The notes beneath the pieces were generated by a model. It was given only the letters and a program-made list of their open reading frames with translations, had not been told where the DNA came from and searched no databases. Source: Auanema rhodensis (lineage: Eukaryota > Animalia > Nematoda). Taken from it: a stretch of 64,000 nucleotides of DNA. The stretch covers positions 12,958,001-13,022,000 of the forward strand of contig OZ059895.1 in assembly GCA_964057225.1 (NCBI GenBank). The letters run 5' to 3'. Below, one piece after another: positions 47,258 through 62,041 of the stretch. Both the position numbers and the translations under genes were made by a program. Within the stretch, counting starts at the first letter, position 1; each line of letters begins with the position of its first letter.

Positions 47258-48066
47258 GAAAATACCTGATATTCAATGATTTACATACTTATCCTCGTTA
47301 TTGTTTTTTTTCCAATTTCATGTTAGTTATGTAATTTTCTACGTTACATCTAAATCCCTCGATGATATCAAATCTTATGAGATCCAAATACAATAATTTA
47401 AAAAAGGTTTCACAGTTGTATAGTGTTTAAACAATGTTTGTTTCAATAGGAAATAGATAGAAACAGTAATGTTAAGATGAAGGTTCATAAACTACTGGTT
47501 TATAACTGTAATATAGAAATAAGATTGAAGATATTTTGATGCCTTGGGTTGAGCTATCTAAGTAAAACTGCTGGAAAATTAAAAACATTTGTTACGGAAG
47601 AGATAAAATTGAAAATCAGCTGCATGGCGTACTTTCAACGTGGTATGGTCGTAAGCGAAAATATCTGATATTCAATGATTTACATACTTATCCTCGTTAT
47701 TGTTTTTTTTCCAATTTCATGTTAGTTATGTAATTTTCTACGTTACATCTAAATTCCTCGATGATATCAAATCTTATGAGCTCCAAATACAATAAATTAA
47801 AAAAGGTTTCACAGTTGTATAGTGTTAAAACAATGTTTGTTTCAATAGGAAATAGATAGAAACAGTAAAGTTAAGATGAAGGTTCATAAACTACTGGTTT
47901 ATAACTGTAATATAGAAATAAGATTGAAGATATTTTGATGCCTTGGGTTGAGCTATCTAAGTAAAACTGCTGGAAAATTAAAAACATTTGTTACGGAAGA
48001 GATAAAATTGAAAATCAGCTGCATTGCGTACTTTCAACGTGGTATGATCGTTAAAAAAATTTGAAA

Positions 48067-48119
48067 AGCTTACGGCACCCGGGATTCCCAAGCCGTCTCC
48101 GATCCAAGTACTAACCGGG
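48067..48119 (-). pseudogene. 5S gene nt 67-119, interrupted by the MULE (nt 1-75 at 52258-52332)
   Basis: CTAACCGGG is duplicated at 48111-48119 and 52258-52266. Confidence 0.93.
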
Positions 48120-51100
48120 GGCAAACTGACAAGTTTACCAAACTTTAGGTTTACCAAACTAGGTTTACCAAGAAATAGACAAGTTTACCATAGTTATATG
48201 GTATACCAGGTTTACCAGGTTTACCAAAGTATACCCAATATTAATTTGTGAACACTTCGCAAGGTTTACCAAGTATACCAAATTTACCAAGTTTACCAAA
48301 AAAATATCTTTATACTAAGTATACCAAAATACAAAAAGTTGTAGTTTGAAATTGTATGTTTTTTTTTTCAAGGTAGTGATAATAATATCAGGAAAAAGAA
48401 TTTTATATCAATTGAACATGATGTGTTAAAAAAATGGAAATTTAATTCTTAAAAAACCTTCTGTTTCGCATGTTTTCTTTTTGTGGAGCTGTTGCATACA
48501 TGAAAAGTGTTCATTAAAGATGTTAAGTAATCGTTCTAACTGACCTTTTGATAATGATTTTCAAATTGCTGAGAGTGTGTGATGGATCAATATTGTAAAT
48601 GAAATGAAATATTAAATTTTAAATATGCTAGTTTACTGACCTTATTAATGCTCTTGTTGTTTGATTTTTGTAGCTACGGCACTTCATGAAAGTGAGTAGT
48701 AGCGTTCCTGTTGTCCCCCTGGCCCTGGTATCAGAATCTCGTCATCTGAATCGGCTGTTGAGCTATAATGAAAATTGATTACAAATCGAGGTATTTGAAA
48801 CCTACTCCATGTCGTAGTAGTTTCTCTTACGGTTCGTTTTCGAAAATTGAGAACCAAATCTTCTGTGATCAAACTTTGATCCGTCAGCTGGTCTCAATTG
48901 CTCAGCTTGTACATCTCGCACTGTTCTCTCATTTCTTTTTCGTTCCAGATTTTCCACGATCGCTCTTTTCTTTGTTTCGTTTTCTAACGATATGAAGACA
49001 GCTAGCCTGGAACAAAAATATAATATTTTGTTTCTCAAACTTAAGAAACCTGTGTTGGCATAGAGCATGCTTAGGGCAATTTCGTTGCGTGCATCCCGGA
49101 CTGGAGCATACAAGCTCATTATTGGTCTCATTGACACATCCCAATCTGGAATAACAATGATAAACTCAAAATAAAAAATCTTAGCTTACGCTCCCGTACT
49201 GTCCTTGGTGAAATATATGCCTGCCTTTGCAGCAGGAAATACCTCCAAACGCTGAACAGTTTCAAAAAACATGTCCGCATTGCTGGTCCCGACTGGCTCA
49301 CTCATCCATGATGGATAGCTTGACAACGAATTTTCAAAAATGAAATCACTCAAACCGAAAAGTTTGAGCTTATTCATTTTTTCAATGCGTGTCATTACTA
49401 ACCACTCATGGTTTTCAACATGAAAATGAGTGGCCAGTTTGTCGGATTTCTGATGAACGGCTCCAATTCGTTCTTTAATTTCTTCTATAACAAAATTACT
49501 AGTTATTTTCAATATGATTTTATTACCTTCATGTAGTTGCAGCATTTTCTCTAAAACTTGATGAGCCGGAATAGGGTGAGGTATTCTAGCTTTCAATTGA
49601 AAGTTCTTCGACTCCAACAAGTTTGTTGAAAAAAATTGTTGGCTTTGCCCAGCTCTCAATTTTTGAATCAAACTATTGGTTTGATATAAATCGTCCTTGT
49701 TCGTAAGAAGCCTAAATTAAAAAAAAATAAAAGAATTTAAAAAAAAACCAACCATTGTCGAGTTCTTTCTTCACAATTCCTTACAATATCTTGGATTTTC
49801 CTTTCATATTCATCACGGTTTAGTGATGATAGAGCCCCTTTCCTCATGATCGTTCCATATTCAGTCTTAAAACATAAAAATAGTGTTTAAAAACAATATC
49901 AAGTATACCTCTTTTTTTCTCCCAAATATTTTATGGAGGATGTGTTCCTTTCTCTCAGCATCATCGTTCTTGCCGAATGTGCTTTTGATGTTCTCCATTC
50001 GGTGCACGGAACATCTTAGCGGCACAGCATCTTTTAAAAATGATCCCTAAAATAAAGAACAATTAAACCTTATGTAAAAAAATTTCTTACAGTATTGTAT
50101 GCTTTAAAAGCATCTTCTCCATCATGACACAAACCAGCGATTCTTTTGTGTTTTCCATATTGTGAGAGCATCTTATTTAAAAATGCTGAGAAAGCTTCAT
50201 GGTTGGAAGCATGTTTGGTACTATGTACCATACATGCAAGCATTATGCCTGCATTTTTTCCAGATTTTTTCGACCTGAATATACAAAATTTTAAAAAAAG
50301 ATATGATTAATGAAAACTTACGTAAACATGTCGGATACACCAAGAGCTAACGTGATGTACTCACCACTACTGATTGAGAACGTCGTATCAATCATTATAA
50401 TGCTGCCTATTGTTGGAAGGGCTCCAGAAGCATTTACTTGGTTCAGAATCCTCACTGAAATATGAAAAAAATTAAGTTTCAATGATAAAATACTCACCAA
50501 AAGCTTCCTTTGCCTCTTGTTTTGGCAAATATTGAATGCTTTCAACAAAGCGGAGGTGGTCATCCATGTCTTCAACCGTTGGCAATGACGCACAAAAATG
50601 TTTGAAAGCTGCTGGGTATCCAACAATCTGACAGAACGCTACACCACGATCTAGAATGTAAATTATTACTATTAAAACAAATAAAAATAAAATTTAATCT
50701 GTTCTTTCTACTTTAATTGGCTCCATATGCTCTACCTTCATGCTGCCATTCGCGAATCTATCAACAAGCTTGTTGATATCGCTGGGTGATCGCTTGCCAG
50801 TGCCCGACTTAATGTGGGTGCTAACACTGCGAGCAAGACTGGTCAGCTAAAAATGAAAATGTAGAAAAAACATGAAACTTTCACACTTGCCTGACTAGAG
50901 CTGATCTCAGAATCCTTGAGCATTTCCTTAGCAGCAGCTGTTGTTCTGTTTTCCAGAACATTTTTGACATCTTGGCTAACGGAAGGCATTATTCTCTGCT
51001 TCGCGGGCACGAAGTTTTGCAGAGATTCCTAAATATAGTACATAGAGCAAAAAGCAAAATAAGAGAACTTGCCTGCACGTTGTAAATTATTAAAACGGGT

Positions 51101-52257
51101 TCAATAATTTTTTCCTTGCCTTGTACGATCATATGAATCTAAAACAAAAATTAATTGTAAATCTTAAATAAACAAAACACCTCTTTGGTGAGATCCATAT
51201 CGGGTTTCTTACAGCGGATGGTTCTGTAAGTAAATTCGGCACAATCATCCTTGGAGCAAAGGATGTATTGCCCGTCAACCAGTTTACAACCTCTGGAAGA
51301 GGTCTTGTTGTTAATAGCAGGCAGACCATTGCCTCCTGAAACAAACTATATATAGAAACTTGAAAATATAAAACTAACCTTTTCTGTTCCATGGAGTGAA
51401 GATATCCCGAGTAATATCCTTGTAGACAATGAATTGTCTTTTTGAAATTCTAAAAAAAATTTTACCCTGATGCATGCCCAATAAATCAGGCATGCAATCA
51501 AGAACAGCAATGCTGTTATCGAAAAGGAGTTCAAAAGCATTCATAGTTGAAAGGTTTAGGTGAGCGTTAAACGTGAAGTTTAAAATTGGTTTGATTAAAT
51601 CAAATTATTTTTTATGTTCATGATGATGTTCACAATTTTTGTTTTTTTATGAACTATATATGACGCTCAATTGTCATCCAATTGATGGTAGGTGTCATTA
51701 ATATGGTATACCGGAGGGTTCAACACGCGTTATAATGAACTTATGTTACATTTTTCTTAAATATGAACAATATTTTTAACACTTATAAGACAATCTTGTC
51801 AAATATTAATATTTATTTTATTAATAAGTTCTATATCAGTCTAGATAAAACATTTTAGAAATTTCATTCAAGGTTCTTTGATAATAGATTCTATTTCAGT
51901 TTACAAGAATTTTGAGATTAGGATGATTTAGATTTTGACTTTTCTTACTATATCTTTTTAAAACTTATACTTTTAAATTTACTCATCAATCATTTGAAAA
52001 AAAACTTACATTTTCACATCTTTATCATATTTGTTTCTTATACCTGAAAACTTCTTCAAAATACTCAAAACTTTTTTTAATCTATTTTGTTTAATTTGGT
52101 ATACTTGGTAAACCTTGCAAAGTGTTCACAAATTAATATTGGGTATACTTTGGTAAACCTGGTAAACCTGGTATACCATATAACTATGGTAAACTTGTCT
52201 ATTTCTTGGTAAACCTAGTTTGGTAAACCTAAAGTTTGGTAAACTTGTCAGTTTACC
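48120..52257 (-). mobile_element. Mutator/MULE DNA transposon (4,138 bp)
   Basis: 165-bp TIRs (48120-48284 and 52093-52257, ~2 mismatches, many GTTTACCA motifs), a 9-bp TSD CTAACCGGG and a MULE transposase gene. Confidence 0.92.
48684..51540 (-). CDS. MULE DDE transposase with SWIM-type zinc finger, multi-exon (start uncertain)
   Basis: Spliced exons give IMIDTTF (D1), LCHDGEDAF (D2), RCSVH (CxxH), STNLLESKNFQLK (E) and C...C...LCQHRLAV (SWIM-like). Confidence 0.82.
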
Positions 52258-53940
52258 CTAACCGGGCCCAACGTTGCTTGACTTGCCAGATCGGACGGGA
52301 TGGCGTACTTTCAACGTGGTATGGTCGTAAGCGAAAATATCTGATATTCAATGATTTACATACTTATCCTCGTTATGGTTTTTTTTCCAATTTCATGTTA
52401 GTTATGTAATTTTCTACGTTACATCTGAATCCCTCGATGATATCAAATCTTATGAGATCCAAATACAATAAATTAAAAAAGGTTTCACAGTTGTATAGTG
52501 TTTAAACAATGTTTGTTTCAATAGGAAATAGATAGAAACAGTAAAGTTAAGATGAAGGTTCATAAACTACTGGTTTATAACTGTAATATAGAAATAAGAT
52601 TGAAGATATTTTGATGCCTTGGGTTGAGCTATCTAAGTAAAACTGCTGGAAAATTAAAAACATTTGTTACGGAAGAGATAAAATTGAAAATCAGCTGCAT
52701 GGCGTACTTTCAACGTGGTATGGTCGTAAGCGAAAAAATCTGATATTCAATGATTTACATACTTATCCTCGTTATTGTTTTTTTTCCAATTTCATGTTAG
52801 TTATGTAATTTTCTACGTTACATCTAAATTCCTCGATGATATCAAATCTTATGAGCTCCAAATACAATAAATTAAAAAAGGTTTCACAGTTGTATAGTGT
52901 TAAAACAATGTTTGTTTCAATAGGAAATAGATAGAAACAGTGAAGTTAAGATGAAGGTTCATAAACTACTGGTTTATAACTGTAATATAGAAATAAGATT
53001 GAAGATATTTTGATGCCTTGGGTTGAGCTATCTAAGTAAAACTGCTGGAAAATTAAAAACATTTGTTACGGAAGAAATAAAATTGAAAATCAGCTGCATG
53101 GCGTACTTTCAACGTGGTATGGTCGTAAGCGAAAAAATCTGATATTCAATGATTTACATACTTATCCTCGTTATTGTTTTTTTTTTCAATTTCATGTTAG
53201 TTATGTAATTTTCTACGTTACATCTAAATTCCTCGATGATATCAAATCTTATGAGCTCCAAATACAATAAATTAAAAAAGGTTTCACAGTTGTATAGTGT
53301 TAAACAATGTTTGTTTCAATAGGAAATAGATAGAAACAGTAAAGTTAAGATGAACGTTCATAAACTACTGGTTTATAACTGTAATATAAAAATAAGATTG
53401 AAGATATTTTGATGCCTTGGGTTGAGCTATCTAAGTAAAACTGCTGGAAAATTAAAAACATTTGTTACGGAAGAGATAAAATTGAAAATCAGCTGCATGG
53501 CGTACTTTCAACGTGGTATGGTCGTAAGCGAAAAAATCTGATATTCAATGATTTACATACTTATCCTCGTTATTGTTTTTTTTTTCAATTTCATGTTAGT
53601 TATGTAATTTTCTACGTTACATCTAAATTCCTCGATGATATCAAATCTTATGAGCTCCAAATACAATAAATTAAAAAAGGTTTCACAGTTGTATAGTGTT
53701 AAAACAATGTTTGTTTCAATAGGAAATAGATAGAAACAGTAAAGTTAAGATGAAGGTTCATAAACTACTGGTTTATAACTGTAATATAAAAATAAGATTG
53801 AAGATATTTTGATGCCTTGGGTTGAGCTATCTAAGTAAAACTGCTGGAAAATTAAAAACATTTGTTACGGAAGAGATAAAATTGAAAATCAGCTGCATTG
53901 CGTACTTTCAACGTGGTATGATCGTTAAAAAATTTTGAAA

Positions 53941-54059
53941 AGCTTACGGCACCCGGGATTCCCAAGCCGTCTCCGATCCAAGTACTAACCGGGCCCAACG
54001 TTGCTTGACTTGCCAGATCGGACGGGATGGCGTACTTTCAACGTGGTATGGTCGTAAGC
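53941..54059 (-). rRNA. 5S rRNA
   Basis: Full copy on -. Confidence 0.95.
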
Positions 54060-57000
54060 GAAAAAATCTGATATTCAATGATTTACATAATTATCCTCGT
54101 TATTGTTTTTTTTCCAATTTCATGTTAGTTATGTAATTTTCTACGTTACATCTGAATCCCTCGATGATATCAAATCTTATGAGATCCAAATACAATAAAT
54201 TAAAAAAGGTTTCACAGTTGTATAGTGTTTAAACAATGTTTGTTTCAATAGGAAATAGATAGAAACAGTAAAGTTAAGATGAAGGTTCATAAACTACTGG
54301 TTTATAACTGTAATATAGAAATAAGATTGAAGATATTTTGATGCCTTGGGTTGAGCTATCTAAGTAAAACTGCTGGAAAATTAAAAACATTTGTTACGGA
54401 AGAGATAAAATTGAAAATCAGCTGCATGGCGTACTTTCAACGTGGTATGGTCGTAAGCGAAAAAATCTGATATTCAATGATTTACATACTTATCCTCGTT
54501 ATTGTTTTTTTTCCAATTTCATGTTAGTTATGTAATTTTCTACGTTACATCTAAATTCCTCGATGATATCAAATCTTATGAGCTCCAAATACAATAAATT
54601 AAAAAAGGTTTCACAGTTGTATAGTGTTAAAACAATGTTTGTTTCAATAGGAAATAGATAGAAACAGTGAAGTTAAGATGAAGGTTCATAAACTACTGGT
54701 TTATAACTGTAATATAGAAATAAGATTGAAGATATTTTGATGCCTTGGGTTGAGCTATCTAAGTAAAACTGCTGGAAAATTAAAAACATTTGTTACGGAA
54801 GAAATAAAATTGAAAATCAGCTGCATGGCGTACTTTCAACGTGGTATGGTCGTAAGCGAAAAAATCTGATATTCAATGATTTACATACTTATCCTCGTTA
54901 TTGTTTTTTTTCCAATTTCATGTTAGTTATGTAATTTTCTACGTTACATCTGAATCCCTCGATGATATCAAATCTTATGAGATCCAAATACAATAAATTA
55001 AAAAAGGTTTCACAGTTGTATAGTGTTTAAACAATGTTTGTTTCAATAGGAAATAGATAGAAACAGTAAAGTTAAGATGAAGGTTCATAAACTACTGGTT
55101 TATAACTGTAATATAGAAATAAGATTGAAGATATTTTGATGCCTTGGGTTGAGCTATCTAAGTAAAACTGCTGGAAAATTAAAAACATTTGTTACGGAAG
55201 AAATAAAATTGAAAATCAGCTGCATGGCGTACTTTCAACGTGGTATGGTCGTAAGCGAAAAAATCTGATATTCAATGATTTACATACTTATCCTCGTTAT
55301 TGTTTTTTTTCCAATTTCATGTTAGTTATGTAATTTTCTACGTTACATCTAAATTCCTCAATGATATCAAATCTTATGAGCTCCAAATACAATAAATTAA
55401 AAAAGGTTTCACAGTTGTATAGTGTTTAAACAATGTTTGTTTCAATAGGAAATAGATAGAAACAGTAAAGTTAAGATGAAGGTTCATAAACTACTGGTTT
55501 ATAACTGTAATATAGAAATAAGATTGAAGATATTTTGATGCCTTGGGTTGAGCTATCTAAGTAAAACTGCTGGAAAATTAAAAACATTTGTTACGGAAGA
55601 GATAAAATTGAAAATCAGCTGCATGGCGTACTTTCAACGTGGTATGGTCGTAAGCGAAAAAATCTGATATTCAATGATTTACATACTTATCCTCGTTATT
55701 GTTTTTTTTCCAATTTCATGTTAGTTATGTAATTTTCTACGTTACATCTAAATTCCTCAATGATATCAAATCTTATGAGCTCCAAATACAATAAATTAAA
55801 AAAGGTTTCACAGTTGTATAGTGTTAAAACAATGTTTGTTTCAATAGGAAATAGATAGAAACAGTGAAGTTAAGATGAAGGTTCATAAACTACTGGTTTA
55901 TAACTGTAATATAGAAATAAGATTGAAGATATTTTGATGCCTTGGGTTGAGCTATCTAAGTAAAACTGCTGGAAAATTAAAAACATTTGTTACGGAAGAA
56001 ATAAAATTGAAAATCAGCTGCATGGCGTACTTTCAACGTGGTATGGTCGTAAGCGAAAAAATCTGATATTCAATGATTTACATACTTTTCCTCGTTATTG
56101 TTTTTTTTTCAATTTCATGTTAGTTATGTAATTTTCTACGTTACATCTAAATTCCTCGATGATATCAAATCTTATGAGCTCCAAATACAATAAATTAAAA
56201 AAGGTTTCACAGTTGTATAGTGTTAAACAATGTTTGTTTCAATAGGAAATAGATAGAAACAGTAAAGTTAAGATGAACGTTCATAAACTACTGGTTTATA
56301 ACTGTAATATAAAAATAAGATTGAAGATATTTTGATGCCTTGGGTTGAGCTATCTAAGTAAAACTGCTGGAAAATTAAAAACATTTGTTACGGAAGAGAT
56401 AAAATTGAAAATCAGCTGCATGGCGTACTTTCAACGTGGTATGGTCGTAAGCGAAAAAATCTGATATTCAATGATTTACATACTTATCCTCGTTATTGTT
56501 TTTTTTTTCAATTTCATGTTAGTTATGTAATTTTCTACGTTACATCTAAATTCCTCGATGATATCAAATCTTATGAGCTCCAAATACAATAAATTAAAAA
56601 AGGTTTCACAGTTGTATAGTGTTAAACAATGTTTGTTTCAATAGGAAATAGATAGAAACAGTAAAGTTAAGATGAAGGTTCATAAACTACTGGTTTATAA
56701 CTGTAATATAGAAATAAGATTGAAGATATTTTGATGCCTTGGGTTGAGCTATCTAAGTAAAACTGCTGGAAAATTAAAAACATTTGTTACGGAAGAGATA
56801 AAATTGAAAATCAGCTGCATGGCGTACTTTCAACGTGGTATGGTCGTAAGCGAAAAAATCTGATATTCAATGATTTACATACTTATCCTCGTTATTGTTT
56901 TTTTTCCAATTTCATGTTAGTTATGTAATTTTCTACGTTACATCTAAATTCCTCGATGATATCAAATCTTATGAGCTCCAAATACAATAAATTAAAAAAG

Positions 57001-59256
57001 GTTTCACAGTTGTATAGTGTTAAAACAATGTTTGTTTCAATAGGAAATAGATAGAAACAGTGAAGTTAAGATGAAGGTTCATAAACTACTGGTTTATAAC
57101 TGTAATATAGAAATAAGATTGAAGATATTTTGATGCCTTGGGTTGAGCTATCTAAGTAAAACTGCTGGAAAATTAAAAACATTTGTTACGGAAGAAATAA
57201 AATTGAAAATCAGCTGCATGGCGTACTTTCAACGTGGTATGGTCGTAAGCGAAAAAATCTGATATTCAATGATTTACATACTTATCCTCGTTATTGTTTT
57301 TTTTCCAATTTCATGTTAGTTATGTAATTTTCTACGTTACATCTGAATCCCTCGATGATATCAAATCTTATGAGATCCAAATACAATAAATTAAAAAAGG
57401 TTTCACAGTTGTATAGTGTTTAAACAATGTTTGTTTCAATAGGAAATAGATAGAAACAGTAAAGTTAAGATGAAGGTTCATAAACTACTGGTTTATAACT
57501 GTAATATAGAAATAAGATTGAAGATATTTTGATGCCTTGGGTTGAGCTATCTAAGTAAAACTGCTGGAAAATTAAAAACATTTGTTACGGAAGAAATAAA
57601 ATTGAAAATCAGCTGCATGGCGTACTTTCAACGTGGTATGGTCGTAAGCGAAAAAATCTGATATTCAATGATTTACATACTTATCCTCGTTATTGTTTTT
57701 TTTCCAATTTCATGTTAGTTATGTAATTTTCTACGTTACATCTAAATTCCTCAATGATATCAAATCTTATGAGCTCCAAATACAATAAATTAAAAAAGGT
57801 TTCACAGTTGTATAGTGTTTAAACAATGTTTGTTTCAATAGGAAATAGATAGAAACAGTAAAGTTAAGATGAAGGTTCATAAACTACTGGTTTATAACTG
57901 TAATATAGAAATAAGATTGAAGATATTTTGATGCCTTGGGTTGAGCTATCTAAGTAAAACTGCTGGAAAATTAAAAACATTTGTTACGGAAGAGATAAAA
58001 TTGAAAATCAGCTGCATGGCGTACTTTCAACGTGGTATGGTCGTAAGCGAAAAAATCTGATATTCAATGATTTACATACTTATCCTCGTTATTGTTTTTT
58101 TTCCAATTTCATGTTAGTTATGTAATTTTCTACGTTACATCTAAATTCCTCAATGATATCAAATCTTATGAGCTCCAAATACAATAAATTAAAAAAGGTT
58201 TCACAGTTGTATAGTGTTAAAACAATGTTTGTTTCAATAGGAAATAGATAGAAACAGTGAAGTTAAGATGAAGGTTCATAAACTACTGGTTTATAACTGT
58301 AATATAGAAATAAGATTGAAGATATTTTGATGCCTTGGGTTGAGCTATCTAAGTAAAACTGCTGGAAAATTAAAAACATTTGTTACGGAAGAAATAAAAT
58401 TGAAAATCAGCTGCATGGCGTACTTTCAACGTGGTATGGTCGTAAGCGAAAAAATCTGATATTCAATGATTTACATACTTTTCCTCGTTATTGTTTTTTT
58501 TTCAATTTCATGTTAGTTATGTAATTTTCTACGTTACATCTAAATTCCTCGATGATATCAAATCTTATGAGCTCCAAATACAATAAATTAAAAAAGGTTT
58601 CACAGTTGTATAGTGTTAAACAATGTTTGTTTCAATAGGAAATAGATAGAAACAGTAAAGTTAAGATGAACGTTCATAAACTACTGGTTTATAACTGTAA
58701 TATAAAAATAAGATTGAAGATATTTTGATGCCTTGGGTTGAGCTATCTAAGTAAAACTGCTGGAAAATTAAAAACATTTGTTACGGAAGAGATAAAATTG
58801 AAAATCAGCTGCATGGCGTACTTTCAACGTGGTATGGTCGTAAGCGAAAAAATCTGATATTCAATGATTTACATACTTATCCTCGTTATTGTTTTTTTTT
58901 TCAATTTCATGTTAGTTATGTAATTTTCTACGTTACATCTAAATTCCTCGATGATATCAAATCTTATGAGCTCCAAATACAATAAATTAAAAAAGGTTTC
59001 ACAGTTGTATAGTGTTAAAACAATGTTTGTTTCAATAGGAAATAGATAGAAACAGTAAAGTTAAGATGAAGGTTCATAAACTACTGGTTTATAACTGTAA
59101 TATAAAAATAAGATTGAAGATATTTTGATGCCTTGGGTTGAGCTATCTAAGTAAAACTGCTGGAAAATTAAAAACATTTGTTACGGAAGAGATAAAATTG
59201 AAAATCAGCTGCATTGCGTACTTTCAACGTGGTATGATCGTTAAAAAAATTTGAAA

Positions 59257-59375
59257 AGCTTACGGCACCCGGGTTTTCCAAGCCGTCTCCGATCCAAGTA
59301 CTAACCGGGCCCAACGTTGCTTGACTTGCCAGATCGGACGGGATGGCGTACTTTCAACGTGGTATGGTCGTAAGC
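59257..59375 (-). rRNA. 5S rRNA (G99A/T102A variant)
   Basis: Full-length copy on -. Confidence 0.9.
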
Positions 59376-60584
59376 GAAAATACCTGATATTCAATGATTT
59401 ACATACTTATCCTCGTTATTGTTTTTTTTTTCAATTTCATGTTAGTTATGTAATTTTCTACGTTACATCTAAATTCCTCGATGATATCAAATCTTATGAG
59501 CTCCAAATACAATAAATTAAAAAAGGTTTCACAGTTGTATAGTGTTAAAACAATGTTTGTTTCAATAGGAAATAGATAGAAACAGTGAAGTTAAGATGAA
59601 GGTTCATAAACTACTGGTTTATAACTGTAATATAGAAATAAGATTGAAGATATTTTGATGCCTTGGGTTGAGCTATCTAAGTAAAACTGCTGGAAAATTA
59701 AAAACATTTGTTACGGAAGAAATAAAATTGAAAATCAGCTGCATGGCGTACTTTCAACGTGGTATGGTCGTAAGCGAAAAAATCTGATATTCAATGATTT
59801 ACATACTTTTCCTCGTTATTGTTTTTTTTTCAATTTCATGTTAGTTATGTAATTTTCTACGTTACATCTAAATTCCTCGATGATATCAAATCTTATGAGC
59901 TCCAAATACAATAAATTAAAAAAGGTTTCACAGTTGTATAGTGTTAAACAATGTTTGTTTCAATAGGAAATAGATAGAAACAGTAAAGTTAAGATGAACG
60001 TTCATAAACTACTGGTTTATAACTGTAATATAAAAATAAGATTGAAGATATTTTGTTGCCTTGGGTTGAGCTATCTAAGTAAAACTGCTGGAAAATTAAA
60101 AACATTTGTTACGGAAGAGATAAAATTGAAAATCAGCTGCATGGCGTACTTTCAACGTGGTATGGTCGTAAGCGAAAAAATCTGATATTCAATGATTTAC
60201 ATACTTATCCTCGTTATTGTTTTTTTTTTCAATTTCATGTTAGTTATGTAATTTTCTACGTTACATCTAAATTCCTCGATGATATCAAATCTTATGAGCT
60301 CCAAATACAATAAATTAAAAAAGGTTTCACAGTTGTATAGTGTTAAAACAATGTTTGTTTCAATAGGAAATAGATAGAAACAGTAAAGTTAAGATGAAGG
60401 TTCATAAACTACTGGTTTATAACTGTAATATAAAAATAAGATTGAAGATATTTTGATGCCTTGGGTTGAGCTATCTAAGTAAAACTGCTGGAAAATTAAA
60501 AACATTTGTTACGGAAGAGATAAAATTGAAAATCAGCTGCATTGCGTACTTTCAACGTGGTATGATCGTTAAAAAAATTTGAAA

Positions 60585-60703
60585 AGCTTACGGCACCCGG
60601 GTTTTCCAAGCCGTCTCCGATCCAAGTACTAACCGGGCCCAACGTTGCTTGACTTGCCAGATCGGACGGGATGGCGTACTTTCAACGTGGTATGGTCGTA
60701 AGC
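60585..60703 (-). rRNA. 5S rRNA (G99A/T102A variant)
   Basis: Full-length copy on -. Confidence 0.9.
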
Positions 60704-61512
60704 GAAAATACCTGATATTCAATGATTTACATACTTATCCTCGTTATTGTTTTTTTTTCAATTTCATGTTAGTTATGTAATTTTCTACGTTACATCTAAA
60801 TTCCTCGATGATATCAAATCTTATGAGCTCCAAATACAATAAATTAAAAAAGGTTTCACAGTTGTATAGTGTTAAACAATGTTTGTTTCAATAGGAAATA
60901 GATAGAAACAGTAAAGTTAAGATGAACGTTCATAAACTACTGGTTTATAACTGTAATATAAAAATAAGATTGAAGATATTTTGTTGCCTTGGGTTGAGCT
61001 ATCTAAGTAAAACTGCTGGAAAATTAAAAACATTTGTTACGGAAGAGATAAAATTGAAAATCAGCTGCATGGCGTACTTTCAACGTGGTATGGTCGTAAG
61101 CGAAAAAATCTGATATTCAATGATTTACATACTTATCCTCGTTATTGTTTTTTTTTTCAATTTCATGTTAGTTATGTAATTTTCTACGTTACATCTAAAT
61201 TCCTCGATGATATCAAATCTTATGAGCTCCAAATACAATAAATTAAAAAAGGTTTCACAGTTGTATAGTGTTAAAACAATGTTTGTTTCAATAGGAAATA
61301 GATAGAAACAGTAAAGTTAAGATGAAGGTTCATAAACTACTGGTTTATAACTGTAATATAAAAATAAGATTGAAGATATTTTGATGCCTTGGGTTGAGCT
61401 ATCTAAGTAAAACTGCTGGAAAATTAAAAACATTTGTTACGGAAGAGATAAAATTGAAAATCAGCTGCATTGCGTACTTTCAACGTGGTATGATCGTTAA
61501 AAAAATTTGAAA

Positions 61513-61631
61513 AGCTTACGGCACCCGGGTTTTCCAAGCCGTCTCCGATCCAAGTACTAACCGGGCCCAACGTTGCTTGACTTGCCAGATCGGACGGGAT
61601 GGCGTACTTTCAACGTGGTATGGTCGTAAGC
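61513..61631 (-). rRNA. 5S rRNA (G99A/T102A variant)
   Basis: Full-length copy on -. Confidence 0.9.
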
Positions 61632-62041
61632 GAAAATACCTGATATTCAATGATTTACATACTTATCCTCGTTATTGTTTTTTTTTTCAATTTCATGTTA
61701 GTTATGTAATTTTCTACGTTACATCTAAATTCCTCGATGATATCAAATCTTATGAGCTCCAAATACAATAAATTAAAAAAGGTTTCACAGTTGTATAGTG
61801 TTAAAACAATGTTTGTTTCAATAGGAAATAGATAGAAACAGTAAAGTTAAGATGAAGGTTCATAAACTACTGGTTTATAACTGTAATATAAAAATAAGAT
61901 TGAAGATATTTTGATGCCTTGGGTTGAGCTATCTAAGTAAAACTGCTGGAAAATTAAAAACATTTGTTACGGAAGAGATAAAATTGAAAATCAGCTGCAT
62001 TGCGTACTTTCAACGTGGTATGATCGTTAAAAAAATTTAAA

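Larger units (their letters stand above)
44917..48119 (-). repeat. 5S rDNA tandem array, segment 3 (inverted orientation)
   Basis: Reverse complement of the same units. Confidence 0.97.
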
